A DNA stretch of 63,992 bases, the filler included, from an uncultured bacterium (GTDB lineage Bacteria; CAZSTA01), in assembly GCA_964609495.1 (NCBI GenBank). It is 4 parts of 4 records of this genome, joined end to end, with 100 filler letters (N's around TTAATTAATTAA, not from the genome) between each part and the next. Parts side by side here need not be neighbours in the genome. Positions count along the whole stretch, not along the records: positions 53,851 to 63,992 come from CAZSTA010000132.1; 3 more parts are not named here. One strand, given 5' to 3'. The notes under the pieces are model-generated. The model saw nothing but the letters and a program-made list of their open reading frames with translations. It had not been told where the DNA came from and made no database searches. The position numbers were made by a program, and so were the translations under genes. Positions 63,902 through 63,992 of this stretch are shown here, in pieces. The stretch's first letter is position 1, and each line of letters begins with the position of its first letter.

Positions 63902-63992
63902 GTAGTTTCAAAAAAGTTTCCTTTACACCCTCCCATCGGGCACTGTAAAAAATAGGATGAAAAAACTCAAAAATTTGCTGAACTGGTGCGAT

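Overview
Four concatenated contigs (1-18141, 18242-36164, 36265-53750, 53851-63992) joined by artificial N44-TTAATTAATTAA-N44 linkers, so adjacency across linkers means nothing. The source is an anaerobic, probably diderm bacterium of a lineage I cannot name (likely a MAG). Contig 1: sugar ABC transporter, GH106-like hydrolase, protease-PEGA protein, UroD/MtaA-family protein, Fe-S protein, atypical PFK, a nested cluster of decayed IS elements, MFS transporter and IlvD/Edd dehydratase. Contig 2: PP2C phosphatase, COG0523 GTPase, methyltransferase, DUF72, exported modular proteins, feoAABC with a Fur-like box, a four-domain discoidin protein with an apparently identical internal duplication, M42 peptidase, multi-parvulin chaperone, PHP, acyP and proC. 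Contig 3 holds the best candidate for a new system: gcvH (partial), [TPR-CHAT], glcD-like flavoprotein, HdrD/GlcF-like CCG protein, lipoate ligase, hdrC, hdrB, [mscL, attC-like site, ANT-like gene], 1518-aa HdrA/HdrL and mvhD. This suggests a lipoyl-protein disulfide shuttle coupling 2-hydroxyacid oxidation to Hdr electron bifurcation (inference). Contig 4: PPi-type PFK, fba, tRNA-Leu(CAA), HEPN-MNT pair, dppABC, MTase-Mrr fusion, efp and accB. Intergenic DNA carries REP-like cruciform repeats with a 43-45 bp MITE-like module in or beside them, once nested in itself. All calls come from reading motifs by eye; no searches were run.
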